A stretch of 64,000 nucleotides of DNA from Escherichia coli (lineage in GTDB: Bacteria; Pseudomonadota; Gammaproteobacteria; Enterobacterales; Enterobacteriaceae), in the NCBI RefSeq assembly GCF_013315695.1, contig NZ_CP054353.1. The stretch is one strand, 5' to 3'. Positions 29,298-39,742 of the stretch are shown here, in pieces (positions within the stretch are counted from its first letter, which is position 1; each line of letters opens with the position of its first letter). The translations under genes and the position numbers were made by a program. The notes beneath the pieces were generated by a model. It was not told the DNA's origin. It did not search any database and saw only the letters and a list, made by a program, of their open reading frames with translations.

Positions 29298-30197
29298 TCA
29301 CTCCATCATCTTCTCAATCGGCAGGACCAGGATTGAACTGGCACCCAACGCTTTCAGTTTTTCCATCGTTTCCCAGAACAGGGTTTCGCTACTCACCATG
29401 TGCATCGCTACGCGCTGTTGGTCACCCGCCAGCGGCAGAATGGTTGGGCGTTCGGCACCTGGCAGCAGGGCGATGACTTCATCCAGGCGTTCGGTCGGTG
29501 CGTGCATCATGATGTATTTTGATTCGCGCGCCTGGATCACACCCTGAATACGGGTCAGCAGTTTGTCGATCAGTTGCTGTTTGGATTCTTCCATTTCGCC
29601 ATCGCGCTGGATCAGGCAGGCTTTCGAGCGGTAGATAACTTCGACTTCGCGCAGGCCGTTAGCTTCCAGCGTGGCACCGGTGGAAACCAGATCGCAAATC
29701 GCATCCGCCAGTCCGGCACGCGGCGCAACTTCGACAGAACCGTTCAGTAAGCAGGATTTAAAAGAGATACCTTTCTGATCGAGATAACGCTTGAGCAGGT
29801 GAGGATAAGAGGTGGCGATACGTTTACCGTTTAAGGAGAGCGGACCGTCCCAGGCTTCATCAACCGGCGTTGCCAGTGAAAGTCGGCAGCCGCCGAAATC
29901 CAGACGACGCAGGGTAAAGTAGCGCGGATCTTCACCCTGGGCTCGGCGGTTAAGCAGCTCTTCTTCCAGCACGTTTTCGCCGATAATCCCAAGGTCTACC
30001 ACGCCGTCCATTACCAGACCGGGAATGTCGTCGTCACGCACGCGCAGAATATCAATCGGCATGTTTTCTGCCATCGCGATCAGGCGCTGGGTGTGAAGAT
30101 TGATTTTAATGCCACAGCGCGCCAGTAATTCGCGTGAGTCATCACTTAAACGGCCGGATTTCTGCATAGCTATGCGTAAACGAGTGTTGTCTGTCAT
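29298..30197 (-). CDS. hisG: ATP phosphoribosyltransferase
   Basis: 299 aa from [15 protein letters not shown]. Confidence 0.96.
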
Positions 30198-30243
30198 TTT
30201 CTTATTCCTCTTTAAACCTGTCTGAACCGTTATCAACCGCGCA

Positions 30244-30280
30244 ATAAAAAAGCCCCCGGAAGGTGATCTTCCGGGGGCTT
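30244..30280 (-). terminator. his operon attenuator terminator
   Basis: Minus strand reads AGCCCCCGGAAG-ATCAC-CTTCCGGGGGCT followed by TTTTTTATT. Lies between hisL and hisG. Confidence 0.9.
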
Positions 30281-30342
30281 TCTCATGCGTTCATGCACCA
30301 CTGGAAGATCTGAATGTCTTCCAGCACACATCGCCTGAAAGA

Positions 30343-30393
30343 CTAGTCAGGATGATGGTGATGATGGTGGTGTTTAAATTGAACGCGTGTCAT
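30343..30393 (-). CDS. hisL: his operon leader peptide
   Basis: Minus-strand ORF MTRVQFKHHHHHHHPD with seven consecutive His codons. Confidence 0.95.
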   Translation of the reverse strand: MTRVQFKHHHHHHHPD

Positions 30394-30642
30394 AAAAGTC
30401 TCTGTGAATGTTTATTCAACTGATGTCTTTTAACCTAAACCACTTTCACGTTAGAAAGCAAGGGCTTTTTTATATATTTTATGGCGATAGATTTGTTTAA
30501 TGAATGAGCGGGGAAAGAAGGGGGCTAAGAGGACTGTCCTCTAACTTGACAGCACCAAAAAGAGCAAAGTCTGATTTTTCGTCTCGCTGACAATGTCTTG
30601 ATCTACAAACTAATTAATAAATAGTTAATTAACACCCATCAT

Positions 30643-30660
30643 TGTACAATGAACTGTACA
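30643..30660 (+). promoter_or_regulatory. yefM-yoeB operator (paired TGTACA palindromes)
   Basis: TGTACA at 30643..30648 and 30655..30660, just upstream of yefM. TGTACA cores are the reported YefM-YoeB binding motif. Confidence 0.7.
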
Positions 30661-30675
30661 AAAGAGGAGATTGAC

Positions 30676-30927
30676 ATGCGTACAATTAGCTACAGCGAAG
30701 CGCGTCAGAATTTGTCGGCAACAATGATGAAAGCCGTTGAAGATCATGCCCCGATCCTCATTACTCGTCAGAATGGAGAGGCTTGTGTTCTGATGTCACT
30801 CGAAGAATACAACTCGCTGGAAGAGACGGCTTATCTACTGCGTTCCCCCGCTAACGCCCGGAGATTGATGGACTCAATCGATAGCCTGAAATCAGGCAAA
30901 GGAACGGAAAAGGACATTATTGAGTGA
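30676..30927 (+). CDS. yefM: Antitoxin YefM
   Basis: 83 aa from [14 protein letters not shown], preceded by GAGGAG RBS. Confidence 0.95.
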
Positions 30928-31178
30928 AACTAATCTGGTCTGAGGAATCATGGGATGATTATCTGTACTGGCAGGAAACAGATAAGCGAATTGTTAAAAA
31001 GATCAATGAACTTATCAAAGATACCCGCAGAACACCATTTGAAGGTAAGGGGAAACCAGAACCCCTGAAACATAATTTGTCAGGTTTCTGGTCCCGACGC
31101 ATTACAGAGGATCACCGTCTGGTATACGCGGTTACTGATGATTCACTGCTCATTGCAGCATGTCGTTATCATTATTGA
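30924..31178 (+). CDS. yoeB: mRNA interferase toxin YoeB
   Basis: 84 aa, GTGA overlap with yef[18 protein letters not shown]. Confidence 0.95.
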
Positions 31179-31260
31179 AGAGATTCATTCATAGAATGAA
31201 TTGTCAGTTTTGATACGCTAGCGTAGCCTTATAGATCTAAGGTGTATCAGGAGATAACGG

Positions 31261-32085
31261 ATGAAAAAGGTCGCAATTGTCGGGTTAGGGTGGTTAGGCA
31301 TGCCGCTGGCGATGTCACTTTCAGCGCGAGGCTGGCAAGTCACCGGGAGTAAAACCACACAAGATGGTGTCGAAGCGGCCCGAATGAGTGGCATTGACAG
31401 CTATCTGCTTCGCATGGAGCCTGAGTTAGTTTGCGATTCTGACGATCTGGATGCCCTGATGGATGCCGATGCGCTGGTCATTACGCTTCCGGCACGTCGT
31501 AGCGGCCCCGGCGATGAGTTCTATTTACAAGCGGTACAAGAGTTAGTGGATAGCGCGCTGGCCCATCGTATTCCCCGAATTATTTTTACCAGCTCAACGT
31601 CTGTCTATGGCGACGCGCAAGGCACGGTGAAAGAAACCACCCCGCGTAATCCGGTAACCAACAGTGGACGAGTATTAGAAGAACTCGAAGACTGGCTGCA
31701 CAATTTACCCGGTACTTCGGTCGATATTCTGCGTCTTGCGGGTCTTGTCGGACCGGGACGTCATCCCGGACGCTTCTTTGCCGGAAAAACCGCCCCTGAT
31801 GGTGAACATGGTGTTAATTTAGTCCATTTAGAAGATGTTATTGGCGCTATCACTCTGTTGTTACAGGCACCTAAAGGCGGACACATCTATAATATATGTG
31901 CGCCAGCTCACCCTGCGCGTAATGTTTTCTATCCGCAGATGGCCCGTTTACTGGGGCTGCAACCTCCGCAGTTCAGAAATAGTCTGGACAGCGGCAAAGG
32001 TAAGATTATTGATGGCAGTCGGATTTGTAATGAACTGGGATTTGAATACCAGTATCCCGATCCGCTGGTAATGCCGCTGGAGTAA
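31261..32085 (+). CDS. yeeZ: NAD(P)-binding Rossmann-fold protein YeeZ
   Basis: 274 aa with GLGWLG dinucleotide-binding motif. Synteny fits. Confidence 0.9.
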   Translation: MKKVAIVGLGWLGMPLAMSLSARGWQVTGSKTTQDGVEAARMSGIDSYLLRMEPELVCDSDDLDALMDADALVITLPARRSGPGDEFYLQAVQELVDSALAHRIPRIIFTSSTSVYGDAQGTVKETTPRNPVTNSGRVLEELEDWLHNLPGTSVDILRLAGLVGPGRHPGRFFAGKTAPDGEHGVNLVHLEDVIGAITLLLQAPKGGHIYNICAPAHPARNVFYPQMARLLGLQPPQFRNSLDSGKGKIIDGSRICNELGFEYQYPDPLVMPLE

Positions 32086-32130
32086 ACGATCACGCCAGCA
32101 GGACGCCGCATGCACTGCAAGGGGGCGTGT

Positions 32131-33060
32131 ATGAAACCACTGCTGGATGTGTTGATGATCCTCGATGCCTTAGAAAAAGAAGGCAGTTTTGCGGCGGCGT
32201 CGGCCAAACTCTACAAGACGCCGTCCGCTCTGAGTTACACCGTTCACAAGCTGGAAAGCGACCTTAATATTCAATTGCTTGATCGTAGCGGACACCGCGC
32301 TAAATTCACCCGCACCGGAAAAATGTTATTAGAGAAAGGGCGGGAAGTTCTGCATACCGTGCGAGAACTGGAAAAGCAGGCGATCAAACTGCACGAAGGC
32401 TGGGAAAACGAGCTGGTGATTGGCGTGGACGACACGTTTCCTTTTTCTCTGCTTGCGCCACTCATTGAAGCTTTTTATCAACATCATAGCGTGACGCGCC
32501 TGAAGTTTATCAATGGCGTACTCGGTGGTTCCTGGGATGCCCTGACTCAGGGGCGAGCGGATATTATTGTTGGCGCGATGCATGAGCCACCATCTTCCAG
32601 TGAGTTTGGTTTCTCGCGGTTAGGCGATCTGGAACAAGTCTTTGCGGTCGCGCCTCATCATCCGTTAGCCCTGGAAGAAGAACCGTTAAACCGTCGTATC
32701 ATTAAGCGATATCGGGCGATTGTGGTGGGGGATACCGCGCAGGCAGGCGCTTCTACGGCCTCACAACTTCTCGACGAACAAGAAGCTATTACCGTTTTCG
32801 ATTTTAAAACCAAGCTGGAGCTGCAAATTAGCGGCCTCGGCTGCGGCTATTTACCCCGTTATCTGGCGCAACGTTTTCTCGATAGTGGCGCGTTAATCGA
32901 GAAGAAAGTAGTCGCCCAAACTCTCTTTGAACCCGTCTGGATTGGCTGGAACGAACAGACCGCAGGGCTTGCCAGCGGCTGGTGGCGAGATGAAATTTTA
33001 GCAAATAGTGCGATCGCCGGTGTTTATGCAAAATCTGATGACGGAAAATCAGCCATTTAA
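32131..33060 (+). CDS. yeeY: LysR-family transcriptional regulator YeeY
   Basis: 309 aa from MKPLLDVLMILDA, N-terminal HTH. Confidence 0.9.
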   Translation: MKPLLDVLMILDALEKEGSFAAASAKLYKTPSALSYTVHKLESDLNIQLLDRSGHRAKFTRTGKMLLEKGREVLHTVRELEKQAIKLHEGWENELVIGVDDTFPFSLLAPLIEAFYQHHSVTRLKFINGVLGGSWDALTQGRADIIVGAMHEPPSSSEFGFSRLGDLEQVFAVAPHHPLALEEEPLNRRIIKRYRAIVVGDTAQAGASTASQLLDEQEAITVFDFKTKLELQISGLGCGYLPRYLAQRFLDSGALIEKKVVAQTLFEPVWIGWNEQTAGLASGWWRDEILANSAIAGVYAKSDDGKSAI

Positions 33061-33145
33061 AGAAAAATTATTATGACAAGCCTCTCATTCTCTTGTCATT
33101 TCCCCCCCATTTAGGCACAATGCGCCGCTGTCAAAAAATGACTAA

Positions 33146-33178
33146 AAACCGACGTTTAATTAGCGTCGGTTATTTTTT
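33146..33178 (+). terminator. Probable terminator after yeeY
   Basis: ACCGACG..CGTCGGT stem followed by TATTTTTT. Confidence 0.55.
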
Positions 33179-33326
33179 GCTTCAAACCAATCATTCATAC
33201 CAAGAGGCCGGGCTTCGTACCGGATAGATATTTACTAAAAATCGACAGTTGTTGTCGCTGAGGAATCCAAAAAAATGGGGCAATTTTTTGCTTACGCGAC
33301 GGTTATCACCGTAAAGGAGAATGACC

Positions 33327-34685
33327 ATGTCGCATAACGTTACTCCAAACACCTCTCGCGTGGAATTGCGTAAAACGCTTACGTTAGTTCCGGTTGTAAT
33401 GATGGGTCTAGCCTATATGCAGCCGATGACGCTGTTTGATACATTTGGTATCGTTTCAGGCCTCACGGATGGTCATGTGCCGACAGCCTATGCGTTCGCA
33501 TTGATTGCGATCCTGTTTACGGCTCTGAGCTACGGGAAGCTGGTTCGCCGCTATCCTTCTGCTGGCTCTGCATACACTTACGCCCAGAAATCCATTAGCC
33601 CGACTGTCGGCTTTATGGTGGGTTGGTCTTCTCTGCTCGACTATCTGTTCGCGCCGATGATCAACATTCTGCTGGCGAAAATCTATTTTGAAGCTCTGGT
33701 GCCTTCCATTCCATCGTGGATGTTTGTGGTGGCGCTGGTGGCCTTTATGACCGCCTTTAACCTGCGTAGTCTGAAATCCGTAGCGAACTTCAACACTGTA
33801 ATCGTCGTGTTGCAGGTAGTGCTGATCGCGGTGATTCTGGGCATGGTTGTTTATGGCGTATTTGAAGGTGAAGGCGCTGGTACGCTGGCGAGCACTCGTC
33901 CGTTCTGGTCTGGCGATGCGCATGTTATCCCGATGATTACCGGGGCGACAATCCTGTGCTTCTCCTTTACCGGCTTTGACGGCATCAGCAACCTGTCGGA
34001 AGAAACCAAAGATGCAGAGCGCGTGATCCCGCGTGCGATTTTCCTGACTGCGCTGATCGGCGGCATGATCTTCATCTTTGCAACTTACTTCCTGCAGCTG
34101 TACTTCCCGGATATCTCTCGCTTTAAAGATCCGGATGCGTCACAGCCTGAAATCATGCTGTACGTTGCGGGTAAAGCGTTCCAGGTTGGCGCGCTGATCT
34201 TCTCCACCATTACCGTACTGGCGTCCGGTATGGCGGCGCACGCGGGCGTTGCGCGTCTGATGTACGTAATGGGGCGTGACGGTGTGTTCCCGAAAAGCTT
34301 CTTCGGTTATGTACACCCGAAATGGCGTACTCCGGCAATGAACATCATCCTGGTTGGCGCGATTGCCTTGCTGGCAATCAACTTCGACCTGGTAATGGCT
34401 ACGGCGCTGATTAACTTTGGTGCGCTGGTGGCGTTCACCTTCGTTAACCTGTCGGTTATTTCGCAGTTCTGGATCCGTGAGAAGCGTAACAAGACGCTGA
34501 AAGATCACTTCCAGTATCTGTTCCTGCCGATGTGTGGTGCGCTGACTGTAGGTGCGCTGTGGGTTAACCTGGAAGAGAGCTCAATGGTTCTGGGTCTGAT
34601 CTGGGCTGCTATCGGTCTGATTTACCTGGCTTGCGTAACCAAGAGTTTCCGTAACCCGGTTCCGCAGTACGAAGACGTAGCATAA
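33327..34685 (+). CDS. plaP: Low-affinity putrescine importer (APC family)
   Basis: 452 aa from [10 protein letters not shown], 12-TM amino acid/polyamine permease. Confidence 0.93.
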   Translation: MSHNVTPNTSRVELRKTLTLVPVVMMGLAYMQPMTLFDTFGIVSGLTDGHVPTAYAFALIAILFTALSYGKLVRRYPSAGSAYTYAQKSISPTVGFMVGWSSLLDYLFAPMINILLAKIYFEALVPSIPSWMFVVALVAFMTAFNLRSLKSVANFNTVIVVLQVVLIAVILGMVVYGVFEGEGAGTLASTRPFWSGDAHVIPMITGATILCFSFTGFDGISNLSEETKDAERVIPRAIFLTALIGGMIFIFATYFLQLYFPDISRFKDPDASQPEIMLYVAGKAFQVGALIFSTITVLASGMAAHAGVARLMYVMGRDGVFPKSFFGYVHPKWRTPAMNIILVGAIALLAINFDLVMATALINFGALVAFTFVNLSVISQFWIREKRNKTLKDHFQYLFLPMCGALTVGALWVNLEESSMVLGLIWAAIGLIYLACVTKSFRNPVPQYEDVA

Positions 34686-34703
34686 TCATCTTTTCTAATA
34701 ATA

Positions 34704-34742
34704 AACCGGAGTCGAATGAACATTTGGCTCCGGTTTTTTTAT
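34704..34742 (+). terminator. Rho-independent terminator after plaP
   Basis: ACCGGAG..CTCCGGT stem followed by T-run. Confidence 0.8.
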
Positions 34743-34863
34743 TCTTTTTTATCGAAATCCTCATTAATAACCATTTGTTCTAATTTAGATAATTTGGTTA
34801 TTGGTCTGCATTCCACCAGTCATGAATAGTTTCCCCATTAACATTCATCTGGTTAATTAATTT

Positions 34864-35922
34864 ATGTTTTCAATGATATTAAGCGGGCTAATTTGTGGTG
34901 CTCTGCTGGGATTTGTCATGCAGCGTGGGCGTTTTTGCCTGACTGGTGGTTTTCGCGATATGTATATCGCGAAAAATAATCGCATGTTTTACGCCTTGCT
35001 GATTGCAATTTCGGTACAAAGCGTGGGGGTTTTTGCGTTAATTCAGGCGGGCCTACTGACTTACGAAGCCGGGGCGTTCCCGTGGCTTGGTACTGTTATA
35101 GGTGGGTATCTTTTCGGGCTGGGAATTGTTCTGGCGGGTGGATGTGCCACCGGGACCTGGTATCGCGCGGGTGAGGGATTGATCGGCAGTTGGATCGCGC
35201 TTTTCACTTATATGGTGATGAGTGCGGTGATGCGTTCTCCACACGCCAGTGGTTTAAATCAAACCTTGCAGCACTACACTACTGAACATAACTCTATTGC
35301 TGATACTTTTAATTTGTCTGTGTGGCCGTTGGTTGCCGTTTTGCTGGTGATAACGCTCTGGGTGGTGATGAAAGAGTTGAAGAAGCCAAAACTCAAAGTC
35401 GCGACCTTACCGCCGCGCCGAACCGGGATCGCTCATATTCTGTTTGAAAAACGCTGGCATCCCTTTGTCACAGCTGTACTCATCGGTTTGATTGCGCTTT
35501 TAGCCTGGCCCCTGAGTGAAGCAACCGGACGTATGTTTGGGTTAGGCATCACTTCCCCAACGGCCAATATTCTGCAATTTCTGGTCGCGGGTGACGTGAA
35601 ATACATTAACTGGGGCGTTTTCCTGGTGTTAGGGATCTTCGTGGGGTCATTTATTGCCGCCAAAGCGAGCCGTGAGTTCCGCGTTCGCGCTGCTGATGCA
35701 CAAACAACATTACGTAGCGGGTTAGGTGGTGTACTGATGGGCTTCGGTGCCAGCATTGCAGGTGGTTGCTCTATCGGTAATGGACTGGTCATGACTGCAA
35801 TGATGACCTGGCAGGGCTGGATTGGCCTTGTATTTATGATTCTCGGAGTCTGGACTGCGTCCTGGCTTGTGTATGTTCGACCGCAGCGTAAGGCGCGACT
35901 GGCAACTGCTGCGGCAAATTAA
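34864..35922 (+). CDS. yeeE: YeeE/YedE-family thiosulfate transporter
   Basis: 352-aa polytopic membrane protein with conserved GGCxxG motifs. Confidence 0.92.
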   Translation: MFSMILSGLICGALLGFVMQRGRFCLTGGFRDMYIAKNNRMFYALLIAISVQSVGVFALIQAGLLTYEAGAFPWLGTVIGGYLFGLGIVLAGGCATGTWYRAGEGLIGSWIALFTYMVMSAVMRSPHASGLNQTLQHYTTEHNSIADTFNLSVWPLVAVLLVITLWVVMKELKKPKLKVATLPPRRTGIAHILFEKRWHPFVTAVLIGLIALLAWPLSEATGRMFGLGITSPTANILQFLVAGDVKYINWGVFLVLGIFVGSFIAAKASREFRVRAADAQTTLRSGLGGVLMGFGASIAGGCSIGNGLVMTAMMTWQGWIGLVFMILGVWTASWLVYVRPQRKARLATAAAN

Positions 35923-35935
35923 GTAAGGTGTAAAG

Positions 35936-36163
35936 ATGGCGATTAAAAAGCTGGATGTGGTGACGCAGGTCTGTCCGTTTCCACTCATAGAAGCAAAAGC
36001 AGCACTGGCAGAAATGGCCAGCGGCGATGAGTTGGTAATTGAGTTTGATTGCACCCAGGCAACTGAAGCAATCCCACAGTGGGCGGCAGAAGAAGGACAT
36101 GCCATCACCGATTATCAGCAGATTGGCGATGCAGCGTGGAGCATCACCGTTCAAAAAGCCTGA
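35936..36163 (+). CDS. yeeD: TusA-like sulfurtransferase YeeD
   Basis: 75 aa with CPFPL active-site motif. Confidence 0.92.
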   Translation: MAIKKLDVVTQVCPFPLIEAKAALAEMASGDELVIEFDCTQATEAIPQWAAEEGHAITDYQQIGDAAWSITVQKA

Positions 36164-36174
36164 CTCAAAATTGT

Positions 36175-36198
36175 CCTCCGCCGTACCAGCGGCGGAGG
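36175..36198. terminator. Hairpin between convergent yeeD and sbcB
   Basis: CCTCCGCCG-TACCAG-CGGCGGAGG. No strong T-run. Confidence 0.5.
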
Positions 36199-36205
36199 CT
36201 TCACA

Positions 36206-37633
36206 TTAGACAATCTCTTGCGCGTACTGCCAAAGCGCTTTTAACAGCGCCACTTTCTCTTTGTCATCGGCATACTGTTGTGCCAGCATCTGCAATTCAT
36301 CAGCGTAGCCCTGCAAAAACTCTGGCGTGAAGACCTGGCGGCGGTGCTCAAGCCAGCGTTGCTGCTCGGCATAATCCAGCGTCCCCGGGAAGTTGCGCGC
36401 TCGATAATTGAACAACAGTTTTTCAATTCGTTTATCAACAAAAGTGATATCCAGTGCCGGTAAATTACGCGGCTCGGTTTCCAGCACAATTTTCATTGCT
36501 GCACGATCGGCGTCACTGAAAAAGCCATTATAAAGCTGTGCATCCACGTTATCTGAAGGCGTAAACGGTTCGGCTTCCGCGAATATCGCCACCACTTTTT
36601 CACGCACTTGCGGATTTTCACGCAGAATTTTTAGGTTATCGAGGCAATGCTGACGATTAATTCCCAGTCGGTCGGCATCTTCCGGGCGTAGCGTATTCGC
36701 CTGGGCCAGTACCGGACATTTATTGATATGCACCAGCTTAACCGGAACGGCGGCGTTATCGCCAAGATCGGCTCTTGCGGTATATAAACGCTCGCGCAAT
36801 GTGTCGCTATCCAGCTCCAGTAATGGCGAAATGTCTCCTGCCAAATCCACCATAATTACGGCATTGCGATTTTCAGGATGCCACGCCAGCGGTGCCACCC
36901 AGCTGGTATTGCCGCGCCATGCCCCAAACATTCCGGAAACGTGAACCAGGGGTTTCATCTGCGGAACATCAATCAACGCCATCAGTTTGTGTTTATTACG
37001 ATGGGTAAAGAGATAATCAAACAGGCGTGGCTGACGCGTTTTTACCAGTTTCGCCATCGCAATAGTGGCGTACACATCAGCCATCGCATCGTGGGCGTTG
37101 CTATGTTCAATACCATTCGCTTTGGTTAAATGCTCAAGGCGAAAGCTCGGTAGACCGTCATCATTTTCAGGCCAGTTTATTCCTTCCGGGCGTAGGGCAT
37201 AACAGGCACGCATAACATCCAGTAAATCCCAGCGCGAGTTATCATGCTGCCAGCTCCAGGCGTAAGGATCGTAGAAATTACGATAAAAAACGTTGCGTGT
37301 GACTTCGTCGTCGAAACGCACATTGTTGTAGCCCAGAATACAGGTCTTCGGTACGGTAAAAAGCGAGTGAATACGGGCGGCAAATGCGGCTTCGTTTTCT
37401 CCTTTCGCCCGAGCTTCCTGCGGGGTAATACCGGTAATTAATACTGCTCCAGGCTGGGGTAAATAGTCATCCGCGGGCTTGCAGTAAAAGACTTCGGGTT
37501 CGCCGATGACATTGAATTCGCTATCGGTGCGAATGGCTGCGAACTGTGCAGGGCGATCTAACGCGGGGTGCGTGCCAAAGGTTTCGTAATCGTGAAACAA
37601 AAAGGTAGATTGTTGCTTACCGTCATTCATCAT
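36206..37633 (-). CDS. sbcB: Exodeoxyribonuclease I
   Basis: 475 aa from MMNDGKQQSTFLFHDYETFG (DEDDh exonuclease motif). Confidence 0.96.
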   Translation of the reverse strand: MMNDGKQQSTFLFHDYETFGTHPALDRPAQFAAIRTDSEFNVIGEPEVFYCKPADDYLPQPGAVLITGITPQEARAKGENEAAFAARIHSLFTVPKTCILGYNNVRFDDEVTRNVFYRNFYDPYAWSWQHDNSRWDLLDVMRACYALRPEGINWPENDDGLPSFRLEHLTKANGIEHSNAHDAMADVYATIAMAKLVKTRQPRLFDYLFTHRNKHKLMALIDVPQMKPLVHVSGMFGAWRGNTSWVAPLAWHPENRNAVIMVDLAGDISPLLELDSDTLRERLYTARADLGDNAAVPVKLVHINKCPVLAQANTLRPEDADRLGINRQHCLDNLKILRENPQVREKVVAIFAEAEPFTPSDNVDAQLYNGFFSDADRAAMKIVLETEPRNLPALDITFVDKRIEKLLFNYRARNFPGTLDYAEQQRWLEHRRQVFTPEFLQGYADELQMLAQQYADDKEKVALLKALWQYAQEIV

Positions 37634-37835
37634 TAGGTTAAATCCGTTGTTTCTGCTGTCTGCCAGAGTATCAAATATCACCGTGCTAATCAGCTTTAGC
37701 GCGACAATTTGGCAGCGAGTGGCAACAGATCATGTCAGATAAAAATGAGAGGGTAGTCACATTTTCTTGCACTTTATTCCAGCCAGTTCATAAGTATTTC
37801 CGTAAAAAGAACAGCTATTTGAAACTCCTGAGGGT

Positions 37836-39008
37836 TTGCTGTTGAAACGCCGTCTTATTATTGCTGCTTCTTTGTTCGTTTTTAATTTATCGTCTGGTTT
37901 TGCGGCGGAAAACATTCCTTTTTCACCTCAACCTCCAGAGATTCATGCCGGGTCCTGGGTATTGATGGATTACACCACCGGTCAGATTCTCACCGCGGGT
38001 AATGAGCATCAACAGCGCAATCCCGCCAGCCTGACAAAGCTGATGACGGGCTATGTCGTGGATCGCGCTATCGATAGTCATCGCATTACGCCAGACGATA
38101 TTGTCACCGTGGGGCGTGATGCGTGGGCGAAAGATAATCCGGTGTTTGTCGGTTCTTCACTGATGTTTTTGAAAGAGGGCGATCGCGTATCGGTACGTGA
38201 TTTAAGCCGTGGTTTAATTGTGGATTCCGGAAATGACGCTTGTGTTGCACTGGCTGACTATATTGCCGGTGGGCAACGGCAGTTTGTTGAAATGATGAAC
38301 AACTATGCCGAGAAGCTGCATCTCAAGGATACGCATTTTGAAACAGTGCATGGTCTGGATGCACCTGGCCAGCATAGCTCGGCTTATGATTTAGCTGTGC
38401 TTTCTCGCGCTATCATCCACGGCGAGCCCGAGTTTTATCATATGTACAGTGAGAAAAGCCTCACCTGGAACGGTATCACCCAGCAAAACCGTAACGGGTT
38501 ATTGTGGGATAAAACCATGAATGTTGACGGCCTGAAAACGGGTCATACTTCTGGTGCCGGGTTTAATCTCATTGCTTCGGCTGTAGATGGGCAGCGTCGT
38601 CTCATTGCAGTGGTAATGGGGGCTGACAGCGCAAAAGGTCGTGAGGAAGAGGCAAGAAAATTACTGCGTTGGGGTCAACAAAACTTTACTACGGTGCAAA
38701 TTTTGCACCGTGGGAAAAAGGTTGGTACGGAACGCATCTGGTATGGCGATAAAGAAAATATCGCCCTGGGAACGGAACAAGAGTTCTGGATGGTGCTACC
38801 GAAAGCCGAAATTCCACATATCAAAGCCAAATATACCCTTGATGGTAAAGAACTCACCGCGCCAATTAGCGCCCATCAGCGGGTAGGGGAAATTGAACTT
38901 TACGACCGTGATAAACAGGTGGCGCACTGGCCGCTGGTTACCCTGGAATCTGTCGGGGAAGGCAGCATGTTTTCCCGGCTGAGTGATTATTTCCACCATA
39001 AGGACTGA
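37836..39008 (+). CDS. dacD: D-alanyl-D-alanine carboxypeptidase PBP6b
   Basis: About 390 aa with TTG start. SxxK (ASLTK), SGN and KTG motifs. Confidence 0.94.
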   Translation: MLLKRRLIIAASLFVFNLSSGFAAENIPFSPQPPEIHAGSWVLMDYTTGQILTAGNEHQQRNPASLTKLMTGYVVDRAIDSHRITPDDIVTVGRDAWAKDNPVFVGSSLMFLKEGDRVSVRDLSRGLIVDSGNDACVALADYIAGGQRQFVEMMNNYAEKLHLKDTHFETVHGLDAPGQHSSAYDLAVLSRAIIHGEPEFYHMYSEKSLTWNGITQQNRNGLLWDKTMNVDGLKTGHTSGAGFNLIASAVDGQRRLIAVVMGADSAKGREEEARKLLRWGQQNFTTVQILHRGKKVGTERIWYGDKENIALGTEQEFWMVLPKAEIPHIKAKYTLDGKELTAPISAHQRVGEIELYDRDKQVAHWPLVTLESVGEGSMFSRLSDYFHHKD

Positions 39009-39092
39009 CCTTTCTTTTGCAGCAGACTGGCAGGAGTGCGAGTCTGCTCGCATAATCAACACTCATTCCTTGTGGTTTTAATATTGCAACTA

Positions 39093-39106
39093 TACTGTAT
39101 ATAAAA
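39093..39106 (+). promoter_or_regulatory. Left part of a split LexA box (TACTGTATATAAAA)
   Basis: CTG half-site retained. The position where CAG should lie is now GGT of the IS end. Confidence 0.75.
39099..39106. repeat. Target-site duplication, left copy (ATATAAAA)
   Basis: Identical to 40992..40999 and immediately outside the left inverted repeat. Confidence 0.9.
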
Positions 39107-39205
39107 GGGTCTTCCCCTGTTGTGGTGGGTGGTACATAATTGAGTGATTTTCAAACACCACACAGTACCTTTATGGTGTCTCTTTTTACATGAGAGGGAA
39201 TTCTT

Positions 39206-39724
39206 ATGAGTGTGCCGCAAACAAAAGCTGAACTGCTTTTAGCTATTGATAAAAATTTTAGTAAATTAATTAGTTACCTCAACACAATCCCACCAGAAAT
39301 TACTTCAGATAAATCAATGGACGGACACGCCAAAGGAACGGAGATGAGTGTTCGTGATCTCGTTTCGTATCTGCTTGGATGGAATGCTCTTGTTGTAAAG
39401 TGGATCGCTTCTGATGCTAAAGGTCTGCCTGTCGATTTTCCGGAAACTGGCTATAAATGGAATCAGCTTGGCCTTCTTGCTCAAAAATTTTACTCAGATT
39501 ACAGTGAGTTAAGTTATGAGTTGTTAGTAGCTGAACTTCAGACTGTAAAAAATGAGATTGTGAACCTTATTAATGATCGTACCGATGATATTTTGTATGG
39601 AAGACCATGGTACACAAAATGGACGATGGGGAGAATGATCTCATTTAACACATCTTCGCCTTACGCCAACGCTAATGGAAGATTAAGAAAGTGGGCAAAA
39701 AATAATAATATCAGTTTAAAGTAA
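39206..39724 (+). CDS. ClbS/DfsB-family (DUF1706) four-helix-bundle protein, colibactin self-protection-like
   Basis: 172 aa with GAGAGGG RBS. Motifs GHAKGT..SVRDLVSYLLGW, FPETGYKWNQLGLLAQKFY, LYGRPWYTKWTMGRMISFNTSSPYANANGRLRKW match my recollection of ClbS and its family. Confidence 0.8.
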   Translation: MSVPQTKAELLLAIDKNFSKLISYLNTIPPEITSDKSMDGHAKGTEMSVRDLVSYLLGWNALVVKWIASDAKGLPVDFPETGYKWNQLGLLAQKFYSDYSELSYELLVAELQTVKNEIVNLINDRTDDILYGRPWYTKWTMGRMISFNTSSPYANANGRLRKWAKNNNISLK

Positions 39725-39742
39725 GCTTCAGAATGAAATTAT

